A stretch of 64,000 nt of DNA, taken from the human T2T-CHM13v2.0 reference genome, Homo sapiens. Location: the NCBI RefSeq assembly GCF_009914755.1, contig NC_060938.1. One strand, written 5' to 3'. Made by a program: the position numbers and the translations under genes. Shown piece by piece: positions 1 through 16,822 of this stretch; position 1 is the stretch's first letter; the number at the start of each line of letters is the position of its first letter. Below the pieces are notes generated by a model. It made no database searches. It was not told where the DNA came from and was given only the letters and a program-made list of their open reading frames with translations.

Positions 1-1224
1 TTGTTTTATGTTCATTAAACAAACATTTATGCAAAACATACCATCTGCAAGTTGTGTTCTACTTGATGGGAATATAATTTTCAGTTGCTTTTTCTTCCCC
101 AAAGAATTGGGAATTTTTTATCTTCCCCCTGTATTATTATTGCCTGTTCTTTGAGTCTCTGGGTCACAGGATATATCTATGACTAGAGGACATGGTAAAA
201 CTAAGTGGCCTCTTCTGGAACTGAACTAGTGACAGGCACATCTTTGGGGCACTATCCTAAACAACTACAGTGACAATATTTCCATCAGTAAACTGTGAAT
301 GCATAAAATTTATGAAATAATTATCTAGTTTACTTCCTAAACTCAAGGAAAATCACTTGAATGGATCACATTTTGAGGGTAATAGTAATCCTGGAAAATT
401 GGATCCCAGCCATTGAAGACCTAGTGCTGCTCTAGCTACTACATTTCACCTCACACTGAAATTTAGCCTTGCCTTTTATAGGATCTCCAAATACCACACA
501 AACATATTTATGACAGCAGAGAATGCAGCTAACTTTCTCCAAACACTTGTACCAGAGATCCTTCCATTTGCAGGGGGCTAAAAATCCACACACAACAGCA
601 AAACTTTTCAAATCATGTTGTCTTGGACAGACTACAAAGACCTCATCACAGTTCCCTTGTCATTTTTCTCCTTTTAGGAAATATAACTTTAAACTACTTT
701 TGAATTATGTGAGAGGAGATAGTGTATATTTTCTAGTTTAAAAGCAATTTAAGGTAGAGTTCTCTGGCACAAAGGCAATTCAAAAATAACTGAAGCTTAA
801 GAGTTGAAACTCCCCCTTGTCTGGTGTATATATTGAAGAGAGTTATTAGCAATCAGAGCTGTTTTCAAATGCTCTGTGCAAAGTTGCGTAAGTGTTTACT
901 TTTATAAATATTTTTCAGGCAATGGGCGTGCCAAATTGAGGGTACTATTTGTTCAGTTAGAAAATCGAGTGATGATCCATTGGGTGCCATTTTAATTGTT
1001 AGGTCCTTTCAAATAACTAGAGGGGGAAGACCCTTAAATGCAAACAAAATAATGAAGTAAGGGCATCGTGTTACTTCATGTGAAATGTCATTCTGATGGT
1101 ACCTTACTTGAGAGTCATTAAAATTCAGTGCTTGGTGTGAGAAACATTTTAGAATAACATAAAGATAAATTCTTTGGACCCAGAAAGACCTTGTTTCAAA
1201 TCCTGTTTTCAACTTTTTTTTTTA

Positions 1225-1285
1225 TTTACCTTGGCAAGTTCCTCAACCTACTATGCCTCAGTTTACTTATATCTAAAATATATGT
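1225..1285 (+). mobile_element. MIR SINE core fragment
   Basis: accttggcaagttcctcaacctactatgcctcagtttacttatatctaaaat resembles the MIR core (accttgggcaagttacttaacctctctgtgcctcagtttcctcatctgtaaaat). Confidence 0.6.
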
Positions 1286-2164
1286 ATACCCATAATTATA
1301 CCTTTCAAAGGCAGGGACCCATTTTTATTGAAATTATTCTTCCATATTCCCCCACCCCAAAATTAATTCATAGTTTTTAGAACATAAAGTGCCTTCCACA
1401 TTAGAAATGAGGTTCATAAGAAATATTAGAAAATATTTTGACATTTTAAAAGATTTTGTGTCTTTCATAAGGTGATAAAATAACCGTTAGGTTTTGAATT
1501 TCTATAGCATATAGAGAAATAATTTACAGCAAAATATCATGCCCCAATTTCTCAACAAACTCTCAACCAAGAGACATAATAGTGTACCTTATGTGGGCAT
1601 CTCTGCATATAACCTTAAGATTCAATTAGTTCTTAAGGAGCAAGACAAAATTACTCTATGCAAATGTCAAGGTGGCTCTCTTTAAGAAAACCTTAACATT
1701 TAAGGTTTCAGATCACTTTTAAGAACAGGAAGCATCAAATACGTGCTGTATCACTCTGAAAAAAGGTGAAGTCATATGCATCAAGATAAGAAAAGATGAT
1801 AATCAATTAGAATGAAAAACACACACATACCTAGATGAAGTTAGCTGGAGACTTATTAGGAAAATGAGTGGCTGTGTATGTAAATGAGGAAAAATAAATT
1901 AATGAGATGGATCTCCAATCAGAGATGCCACCAGAACTGTCAGTCTGGAAAACATAGCTGAAGCATATCTTAAAATGGCATACCTAAAAACAGGCTGCTT
2001 AAGAAATTATATTTATTAAAACATTTGTTCTATATATGTCACAATTTGAAAGATCTGAAACTTAAGACTTATGCTCAATTATAAAGTAAACCTTGAGTTT
2101 AATATTATCTTTGTAGTCAGCAGGGGAAAAATATCATAGTGATTTCCTTGAGGAACACTTTGCC

Positions 2165-2752
2165 TCTCTCTGCTTTTATCTGCCGCTGATCCTAAAACCA
2201 CAATTTGGGCACCCATTGAGTAAAACGTTTGCTCAACTTTAATTTTTCAGTCAGAATTGTGTAAGCTGAAACAGTTGAAATGACTGTGGTATGGGTTATT
2301 GTTTGTGTTGTTAATCATAGGTCCCCTTCAATTAGGGCACGAACAAGATTTTTTTTTTCTTTTGAATTGATGTGCATGGTCTGCCTCTGTGGGCTTCGTC
2401 TTCAACATCAACTCCTTCCTTCTTTAATGAGTTATCTATTCATAAATTGCTAATTTCTTGAGGTATTTTCACCATAAACTTTCATAAAGCATCAATGATT
2501 TTATGATTCTTCCACGCTAGCTTCACCAAAAATTTAACATTTGTTCTTGTTTCAATTTTAGCAGAATTCATGTTGCTCTGATAGGGACTCTTTTCAAACT
2601 GATGTCTTACCCTTCTTAGTGCCTCCAGCTAGTTTCTTTTCATGACATGTCATAACAAGTTAGTAGAAGTTTATTTTGGTGCAAAACATTTCTGAAATCC
2701 AGGCATAGCTTTTTAATAATATGCATTTTCCATGAACCTTTTGAAGTCCCTT
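2165..2752 (-). mobile_element. HSMAR2 mariner transposon, 5' half (left TIR plus decayed N-terminal transposase)
   Basis: The minus strand starts with TIR-like ...acttcaaaaggttcatggaaaatgc. The ATG at 2571 reads MNSAKIE. A mariner WVPK motif (tgggtgcccaaa) lies near 2205-2216. Stops and frameshifts are present and the catalytic domain is missing. Confidence 0.88.
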
Positions 2753-2898
2753 TATTCAATTGCTTGGAACTCAGGCCTGTGGTTAAAGACACAGCAAGTG
2801 TCACTGGGAAATATAGTCTATTTGTGGTCAGAAAAAGAAGATAAAATTAGTTTGGTGTCCAGCTAACTATTTCTGCTATACAAAGCAAAATGTTCCTT

Positions 2899-2985
2899 TG
2901 CAGTGGGCTACAATCATGCCACTCCATTCCAGCCTGTGTGAGAGAGCGAGACTCTGCCTCGAAAATAAATAACAAAATAAAAATA
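2899..2985 (+). mobile_element. Old Alu (AluJ-like) 3' fragment with degenerate A tail
   Basis: gcagtgggctacaatcatgccactccattccagcctgtgtgagagagcgagactctgcctc followed by an A-rich tail. Confidence 0.8.
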
Positions 2986-4115
2986 CAGTTGTGTACATGA
3001 GAAGTAAACATCTATCATATTTAAGTCATTACACATTTTTAGTTTGTCTGCTACAAGAGCTTTTACTGCTTCATTGTTAAGAATAATTTATATGTATAGA
3101 AATACGCACCCAAATATGATTTAGAAATTTCCATAATCTGAAATAGGTTCCTTATAAATTTGTCTAGTCAGTCACCCATCCTCCTTATAGGCAATACATT
3201 AGTTATATGTATATTAGAAATTCACACAAATAAAACTGTGCAGCACATACCATTTTGGTTTGGCTTCTTTTGTAAATATTAGGTTTGTGAGAGTCATCCA
3301 TGTTGTAGAGAAAGAAGTAATACATTCTTTTTTATTGTTGAGTTATAGTAACCATATTAAAATTGCCTACCCATTTTCCTGTTTATAGATATTTGGATTA
3401 TTTTAAGATTAGGCTATTATGAACAAAAGTGCTATGAGTATTCTTGTATAAGTCTTTTGTGAACATGTATTTTCATTTCTCCTAGGTAAATACCTAATAG
3501 TAGAATGTCGGAGTCATAAGAAAGATACATGTTTTGATTTTGATTTTTTTCTTGTAAAATGTTGCCACAATTTTGTAACAGATTTATTGTATTATAGTCA
3601 AATTCCACCAGTAATGTAGAAGATTTTCATGTTTTCCATACCCTCATCAAAACTTGGTAATAATCACTTTAATGTATCCATTCTAGCTCATATAGGTATC
3701 TCATTGTTGTTTTAACTGCACTTTCCTGATGATTACAAATATTTAAAATCTTTTATACTGCTTAAAGTTTATCTTATTTTGTGTATAATAATATTTAAAG
3801 CATATGTTTTCAAATTTTTGCCCATTTTTTAATTGGTCTGTTTGTCTTTCCATTGAGTTTTAGGTGTTTTTTATATATTTTGGATATAAGTTCTCTGTAA
3901 GAATATGCACTGAAAATAGTTTCCAATATATAGCTCATCTTTTATACCTCTTAAGGATGTCCTTTAATGAACAAAAAAATTCTCAATTTTACTGAAGTCT
4001 AATCTGTCAATTCTTACGTTTTGTTTTTGAGTCATAAGAAATTTCTGTCTAACCAAAGACTATATTTATCTGTAATAAATATATTTATATTTTTACTGTA
4101 GGTAATGATATACAC

Positions 4116-4203
4116 ACTATATTTACCTATAGTATATAGCATTTACTATGCCATATTTACCCATGGTATATAGTATTTACTATACTATATTTACCTATAG
4201 TAA
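4116..4203. repeat. 34-bp minisatellite, ~2.6 copies
   Basis: Units are actatatttacctatagtatatagcatttactat / gccatatttacccatggtatatagtatttactat / actatatttacctatagta. Confidence 0.85.
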
Positions 4204-4900
4204 ATACATTTGCAGCCTTTGTTGGAAATTTCTAGAAGTTATATAGCATTACATTTTACACTTAAGTTTATGTTCTATTTCAAATTGACTTTTGTGTACT
4301 GTGTAGGTACAATAGAGGTTACTTTTTTTTATTCTCAAAAGAATTATCCAGAATTAATAATCCAGAATGATTTATTGAAAAGAACTTCTTTACCCTATTT
4401 CATGTTTTTGATACCTTCCTAAAAGATAAATTTATCATGTAAGTGTGGGTCTATTTCTGGACTCTACATTCTGCTACATTAGTATAAAACCAATACCACA
4501 CTGTTTCAATTACTATAATTTAACATAAATTCAATTCATATCCTGGTACTCTTTTTAGTGATTATTTTTGCTATTCTAGGTTCTTTATATTTCTAATAAA
4601 TTTACAATCTAATTGTGAATTTGTATTAAAAATAGCTTGCAATGATTTTAAATGAAGTTGTGATGAATCTATAGATCAAATTTGGAAAAAGTCCACTTAA
4701 CAAAATCGAGTCTTTCAATTTGTATTTAGTTCTCATTTCATTTACTCCAGACCATTTTCATAAAATTTTAATTTTATGGTCTTATATTCTTTTAATTAAA
4801 TTGCCCCTAGTATTTTATGGTGTTGATACTATTATGAATGGTATTTTTAAAAATTTTCCAATTACACATTACTAGTGCCTAAGAAGACAATTTTTACATA

Positions 4901-5928
4901 CAACTCACCCTTGAACAACACAGGTTTGAACTGCACAGGTGCACTTATATGTGGATTTATTTTTAGTAACTATACTGAAAACCTTTTTGGAGATTTGTGA
5001 CAATTTGAAAAAACCATCAGAAACACTAAATAGCCTAGAAATACGAAAAAAAGAAAGAGAGATGTCATGAATGCATAATATATATATAGATATTAGTCTT
5101 TTAAAATCATTTACTACCATCAAATATACACAAATATATTATAAAAAGTAAAAATGTATCAAAAAGCACCAAAACATAGACTATACATGGCATGGTGCCG
5201 TCTATGTGGAGAGAAATTTAAACAGAGGTAAGGATGAGTATTAAGTCATAATTGCATAAAATTAACTGTAGTACACACTGTACTATTGTAATAATTTGGT
5301 GGCCACCTCTTGTTGCCATTCCAATGAGCTCAAGTGTTGGAAGTATCTCTTGTATGAGGCTACTCATCTCTGTGTGGACAGTTTTCCTTCCAGTAAATTG
5401 TATCACAGCGAAACGTGATCTCTCTAGTGGTTCTCTGTGTTTTTCACACTGCTTGGTGCAATATCCATGAATGTTGAATAACACTGTGGGACACACACAA
5501 AAGTTCTACTAGTGATGCTGGAAGGGCTCCCAGGAAGCACTCTTAACATTACAGAAAAAAGTAGAACACTTGATATACACAGTAGATTAAGGTCTGCAGC
5601 CTACCACTAAGATGGATGATTCCTCTTGTAAACAGAATGTGTAAATTTACAGAATGGGTAGTATAGTACAGTCCTGTAAATGAACTTTCCTTCCTTATGA
5701 TTTGCTTAATAATTTTTTCTTTGCTGTAACTTACTCTTTTTGTAAAAATACAGTATATAATACACATACAAAATACATATTAATCGACTGTTTATGTTAT
5801 CAGTAATGTTTCTGGTCAACAGTAGGCTATTAGGAGATGAGTGTTGGAGGAGTCAAAAATTACACATGAGCTTTTGACTGTGTGGGGAGCCAATGTCACT
5901 AACCCCTGCGTTGTTCAAGGGTCAACTA
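4901..5928. mobile_element. Tigger2-family non-autonomous DNA transposon (Tigger2b-like, ~1.03 kb)
   Basis: TIRs caactcacccttgaacaa (4901) and ttgttcaagggtcaacta (5928), with a TA target duplication at 4899-4900 and 5929-5930. Confidence 0.88.
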
Positions 5929-6722
5929 TATAAACTTTATTTCTGTGACCTTGCTAAAGCATCCTATGTAACTTATGGTAGATTTTTGTTTATTCCTTTG
6001 AATTTTAATGTTAATAATCATGCCAACTCTGCTTGAAGAGTTTTATATTTGTTCTTTTCAATCTTCAAACCTTTTTGTATTGTTTTGTTTGGTTGTATCA
6101 TATGAGATTATTTTCCAGCACAAGATTGAATAGAAATGGTGAAGGGAGAGATTCTTGTCTTCTTCCTTTGCTTAGGGAAGAAGCCTTTAATGTTTCACCA
6201 TTATACTTGATACTTGTAGGCTATTTGTAGATGCTCTTCAATAGATAACACAAAATGGCCTTTTTATTCCTAGCTTGCAGCAAGTTTTTTTCAAGAGTGT
6301 GTTGAAATTTTATCAAAGGACTTTTCTGTATTTATTGAGATGATTGCATAATTTCTTCTGATTTTTAATATTAAACTACCTTTCTTAGGATAAAATCTGC
6401 TTCTTCATGATATATCAGCCTCTTATGTATAGACGGATTTGATTTGCTAATATTTTGTGGAAGGTTTTATATCCAGGTACACAAGACATAGTAATTTTTA
6501 ATTTTATGTATTTGTCAAATTTTTATATTAAGGTTATTCTGACCTGATTAAAAACATTGGAAATCTTTGCTTCTTTATATTCTGACAGTTTGATAACACT
6601 CAATGTTTTTTCTTAACTGTTTCTAGAAGACACACTAGGCCTAGCGTTCTTTTCTTCTGTCTTCTTTTTTGTTGTTGTTGTGTCATTATGTTTGTACACG
6701 TAGCATAATATTTACTATCTTA

Positions 6723-12045
<5,323 letters not shown>

Positions 12046-13260
12046 ATTTTTTTTAAAAGTATAGTTCAGTTGTATTAAGTATATTCTTATTGTTATGCAA
12101 CCATCCTCACCACTAACCATTTTCCAAACTTTTCATCCTGTAGAACTGAAACTCTATACCCACTAGTGAAAAGTTATTGTGTAATAGGGTTATTTTTGTT
12201 TGTTTATTTAATGGATGTAGATTTTTCATATTTTCTATTTATTCTTGTATAAATTTTGGGAAGTTGTGTCTTTTAAGAAATGTGTCTAATTCATCTACAA
12301 AGTCAATTGTAATGAAATATATTTGTTAATATGATCTTAACATTTCAAAACTGGTAGAATCTGTAATGACTTCCTTTCTTTCATTAATGATGTTGAGATT
12401 TTGTATTTCTTCTTTCTCAAATCATTTTTTAATTAATTTTATTAGTATTTTAAATAAACAATTTTGACTAGTAATTTTATCTATTTCATTTTCTGTCCTC
12501 TTTCCTTAAAAAATAAGCAATTTCTATATGGTTTTCTTGTTTTGTATATTGCATTTGCTTTGCTCTTTTGTTCTACTTTCTTATTTTGGAAGATTCGATA
12601 ATTAATTTTAGGTCATTTTGAATCTTTTCTAATATGAGAACTTAAGCTGTGCCTTTTCTTCTAAGATTTATTTCAGCTGTTTTTAATAACTTTCATTTGA
12701 AAACTTGTCTAGTTTTTCATATGATTTTTCTTTTAACCACAGTCTAATTTAGAAAGATGTGCATTAATATGCAAATATTTAGGGATTTGACATTTATTTC
12801 TACTTTAATTCCCTTGAAGTCAGGAAACATAGCCTTCCGAATCCACTGAGACTTTTTTATGAACATAAACAGTATTTGGTTTATATTTTTGAGTGTTTTT
12901 ATTCACTTGAACATGATGTATTCTGCCATTGTTAGCTGCAGTTTTCTATGTATATTAATTAGTTCAAGTTGGTCAATAACTTTTTTTCAAATACTCCACA
13001 TGCTTATCTGTTCCACATTTGTAAATTTTCATGTCTCTCTTTAGTTCTGTCCACTATTTCGTATATATTTTTTGAAGCACATGTTAATTAAAATAAAATT
13101 TATTCTTCATAAATCACCTTTGTGTCATAATTACATGCTGTTCTTTACCTGCAATATTTCTTGTTTCAAAATGTACATTTTCTGGGAAAAAGTGCACACA
13201 CATATTATTCAGATTTTGTGTGTGTGTGTGTGTGTCTATGTGTGTATATACTGAAATTAA

Positions 13261-13631
<371 letters not shown>

Positions 13632-13852
13632 GTCTTTTTTATATTCACTGTAAGTCTCTGCTAGAAAGCATACAGATGCATCTTGATTCATTTTACCCAT
13701 CCTGGCAATCTTTCCTGTTCATTTGGAGCAGCTACTCCATTTACATTTGAATTAATTATTAATATAGTTGAATTTAATTCTATTATTTTTCTAATTGTTT
13801 TCTATTTTCCCATTGCTTCCTTGTTCCATTTTTTCTTATATTTGTAAAATCG

Positions 13853-14790
13853 ATTTTTTTAAACTTTTACTTTAAGTTCAGGGGTACAAGTGCAGGTTTG
13901 TTACATTAGTAAACTGTGTCAGGGAGTTTGTTGTACAGGCTATTTGGTCATTCAGGTATTAAGCCTAGTACCCATTGTCAGGCCTCTGAGCCAAAGCTCA
14001 GCCATTATAACCCCTGTTACCTGCACATATATGTCCAGATGGCCTGCAGGAGCCAAGAAGTCTGGAGCAGCCAAAAAACCACAAAAGAAGTGAAACAGCC
14101 AGCTCCTGCCTTAACTGATTGACCAACCTTATGACATTCCACCACTGTGACTTGTTCCTGCCCTGCCCCAACTGATCAATCAACCTTGTGACATTCTTCT
14201 GGACAATAAGTCTTATGATCTCCCCACCATGAACCTTGTGACCCCTCCTCTGCTAATAATAGATAACCACCTTTAACTGTAACTTTCCACTGCCTACCCA
14301 AGCCCTATATTGCTGCCCCTCTCCTATCTCCCTTCACTCACTCTCTTTTCAGACTCAGCCCACTTGCACCCAAGTGAATAAACAGCCTTGTTGCTCACAC
14401 GAAGCCTGTTTAGGTGGTCTTCTATATGGATACTCATGACACCCGTTAGTCCTTTTACTTGATCCTTTTCCTTCTCAAACTCTCTAACCTCCAAAAGGCC
14501 CCAGCATCTGTTGTTCCCCTCTATGTGTCCATGTGTTGTCATCATTTAGCTCCCAGAAATGAAAACATGTGGTATTTTGATTTCTGTTCCTGTGTTAGTA
14601 TGCTAAGAATAATGGCCTTCAGCTTCATCCATGTCCCTGCAAAGGACATGTTTTTTTTTTCATGACTGCATAGCATTCCATGGTGTATATGTACCACATT
14701 TTCTTTACCCAGTCTATCACTAATGGACATTTAGATTGATTCCATTTCTTTCCTTTTGTGAATAGTCCTGCAATAAACATAGGTGTGAAT
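13853..14790 (-). mobile_element. Older L1PA (L1PA13-16-like) 3' end, interrupted by LTR7
   Basis: tttaagttcaggggtacaagtgcaggtttgttac...aagcctagtacccat. Antisense ORF2 C-terminus at 14542-14730 (MSFAGTWMKLKAIILS). Confidence 0.85.
13976..14441 (+). mobile_element. HERV-H solo LTR (LTR7C-like), 466 bp
   Basis: TG...CA termini (tgtcaggcctctgagcc ... catgaca), AATAAA at 14377-14382, and a 5-bp TSD cccat/cccgt. Confidence 0.92.
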
Positions 14791-15204
14791 TTTTTTATAC
14801 TTTATCTGCTCAATTGGCTTTCAACTTCAACTGTGTCTACTTCTTTGTGTTTCATAGGGTTTACTTAGGGATTGCAATATGCATTTTTACACATCACATT
14901 GTATTATCTTGAATTAATATTTAATCGCTACGTATAAGAACGATACAAGACTATATTTCTATTTACACCCTCTAATTTATTGTGTTAGTGTTGCCATACA
15001 TTCTATTTCTATGTATCTTATGAACCCTTCTATATTTGTTATTAACTTTGTTCTATTCAGTCAATTGCTTTTTAACAAATTCATGAGCAGAAGAATGTTT
15101 TACATTTATTAACTTATTTGCTCTTTCCAACCTTCTTCATTGCTTCCAACAGATTCTAATTTGTATTTGGAATAGTTTTTATTTGGAAACTATCTTTGGC
15201 ATAG

Positions 15205-16822
15205 TTTATTAGTTGAGATATTCTAGAGAAACAGAATCAGACCAGTAGAAAAAAAATATACCTAATATATCTCAATGTTTATGTATGAACGTATGAATGT
15301 ATATATGAGTGTATGTATGTATGTATGTATGTATGTATGTATCTAAAGATATTTAGTTTTAGAAATTGGCTCACATAATTGTGGGGTTTGACAAGCCTGA
15401 AATTTTTGAGGTAGGCCAGCACACTGGAACTCATGAAAGAGTTGATGTTTCAGTCTTTAGCCCAAAATGTGCAGGGCAAGTGAGCAGGCTGGAAACTCAG
15501 TCAGGGTTTCTGTTTTGCAGTCTTGAGGCAAAATTCTTTTTTTTTTTTTCAGAGAAATTGTCTTTGCTTTTAAGGTCTTCAACTGATTAAATGAGGCCCA
15601 TCACATTATGACTAGTAATCTGCTTTACTTAACATCTTCTGATTTAAATGTTAATCACATCTAAAAATTACCTTAATAGCAATGTATTAGTTTGTTTTCA
15701 CACTGCTAGGCCTCCTAGGCCTTTAGGCCTGTGATGGGAGGAGCTGCCACAAAGGTCTCTGACATGCCCTGGGGACGTTTTCCCCATTGTGTTGTGATTA
15801 ACATTTGGCTCCTTGTTAATTATGCAAATATCTGCAGTCAGCTTGACTTTCCCCCAGAAAATTGGTTTTTCTTTTGTACTGCATCAACAGGCTGCAAATT
15901 TTCCAAACTTTTATGCTCTGTCACTTCTTGAAGGCTTTGCTTTTTAGAAATTTTTTCCACCAGATGCCTTAAATCATCTCTCTAAAGTTCAAAGTTCCAC
16001 AGATCTCTAGGGCAGGGGCAAAATTCTGCTAGTCTCTTTGCTAAAGTATAGCGAGAGTCACCTTTATTCCAGTTCCCAACAAGTCCCTCATCTGCATCTG
16101 AGAACATCTCAGCCTGGACTTCATTGTCCATATCACTTTCAGCATTTTGGTCAAGGCTGTTCAACAAGTCTCTAGGAAGTTCTCAACTTTCCCACATCTT
16201 TCTGTCTTCTGAACCCTCCAAGTCTCTAGGAAGTTCCAAATTTTCCTGTGTTCTTTTGAGCCCTCCAAACTGTTCCAACCTCTGCCTGTTACCCAGTTCC
16301 AAAGTCACTTCTACATTTTTGGGTATCCTTATAGAAGTGTCCCACTACTTCAGTACCAATTTACTATACTAGTTTGTTTTCATGCTGCTATAAAGAAATA
16401 CCTGGGACTGGGTAATTTATAAAGCAAAAAGGTTTAATTGACTCAGTTACCACATGGCTCGGGATGCCTCAGGAAGCTTACAGCCATGGTGGAAAGGGAA
16501 GCAAACATGTCCTTCTTCACATAGCAGCAGGAAAGAGAAGTGCAAAGTAAAGGTGGGGAAAGCCCCTTATAAAACCATCAGATTTTGTGAGAACTCAGTC
16601 ACTATCATAAAAACAGAAAGTGAGAGCTGCTCCCAAGATCTAACCAACTCCCACAAATTCCCTCCCCCAACACACGGAGATTAGAATTCAGATAACAATT
16701 CAAAATGAGATTTAGGTGAGGATGCAGAGCCAGACCATATCAAGCAACATCTAGACTAGTGGTTGAATAAACTGCTGGTCACCAGAGTCTAGCTAAGTTG
16801 ACACATAAAATTGACTATCACT
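15205..16822 (-). mobile_element. MLT2 (ERVL) solo LTR, MLT2C/D-like, split by THE1
   Basis: ctagagaaacagaa...(TATG)n...aattggctcacataattgtgggg...aaattaccttaatagcaa, resuming as agcaacatctagactagtg...aagttgacacataaaattgactatca. Confidence 0.8.
15683..16742 (-). mobile_element. THE1C/D MaLR element with a large internal deletion (25-bp LTR stub, partial internal region, one full LTR ~16365-16742)
   Basis: Termini tgtattagtttgttttcacactgct and ccagaccatatca. Perfect 5-bp TSD agcaa at 15678-15682 and 16743-16747. Confidence 0.88.

Noticed and set aside
2165-2571. Potentially domesticated mariner transposase
   Set aside because: It has stops and frameshifts and lacks the catalytic domain, so it is a dead HSMAR2 fragment.
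16167-16270. ~52-bp tandem duplication in the THE1 internal region
   Set aside because: As I recall, it also occurs in other THE1C/D internal copies, so it is probably inherited rather than locus-specific (unverified).
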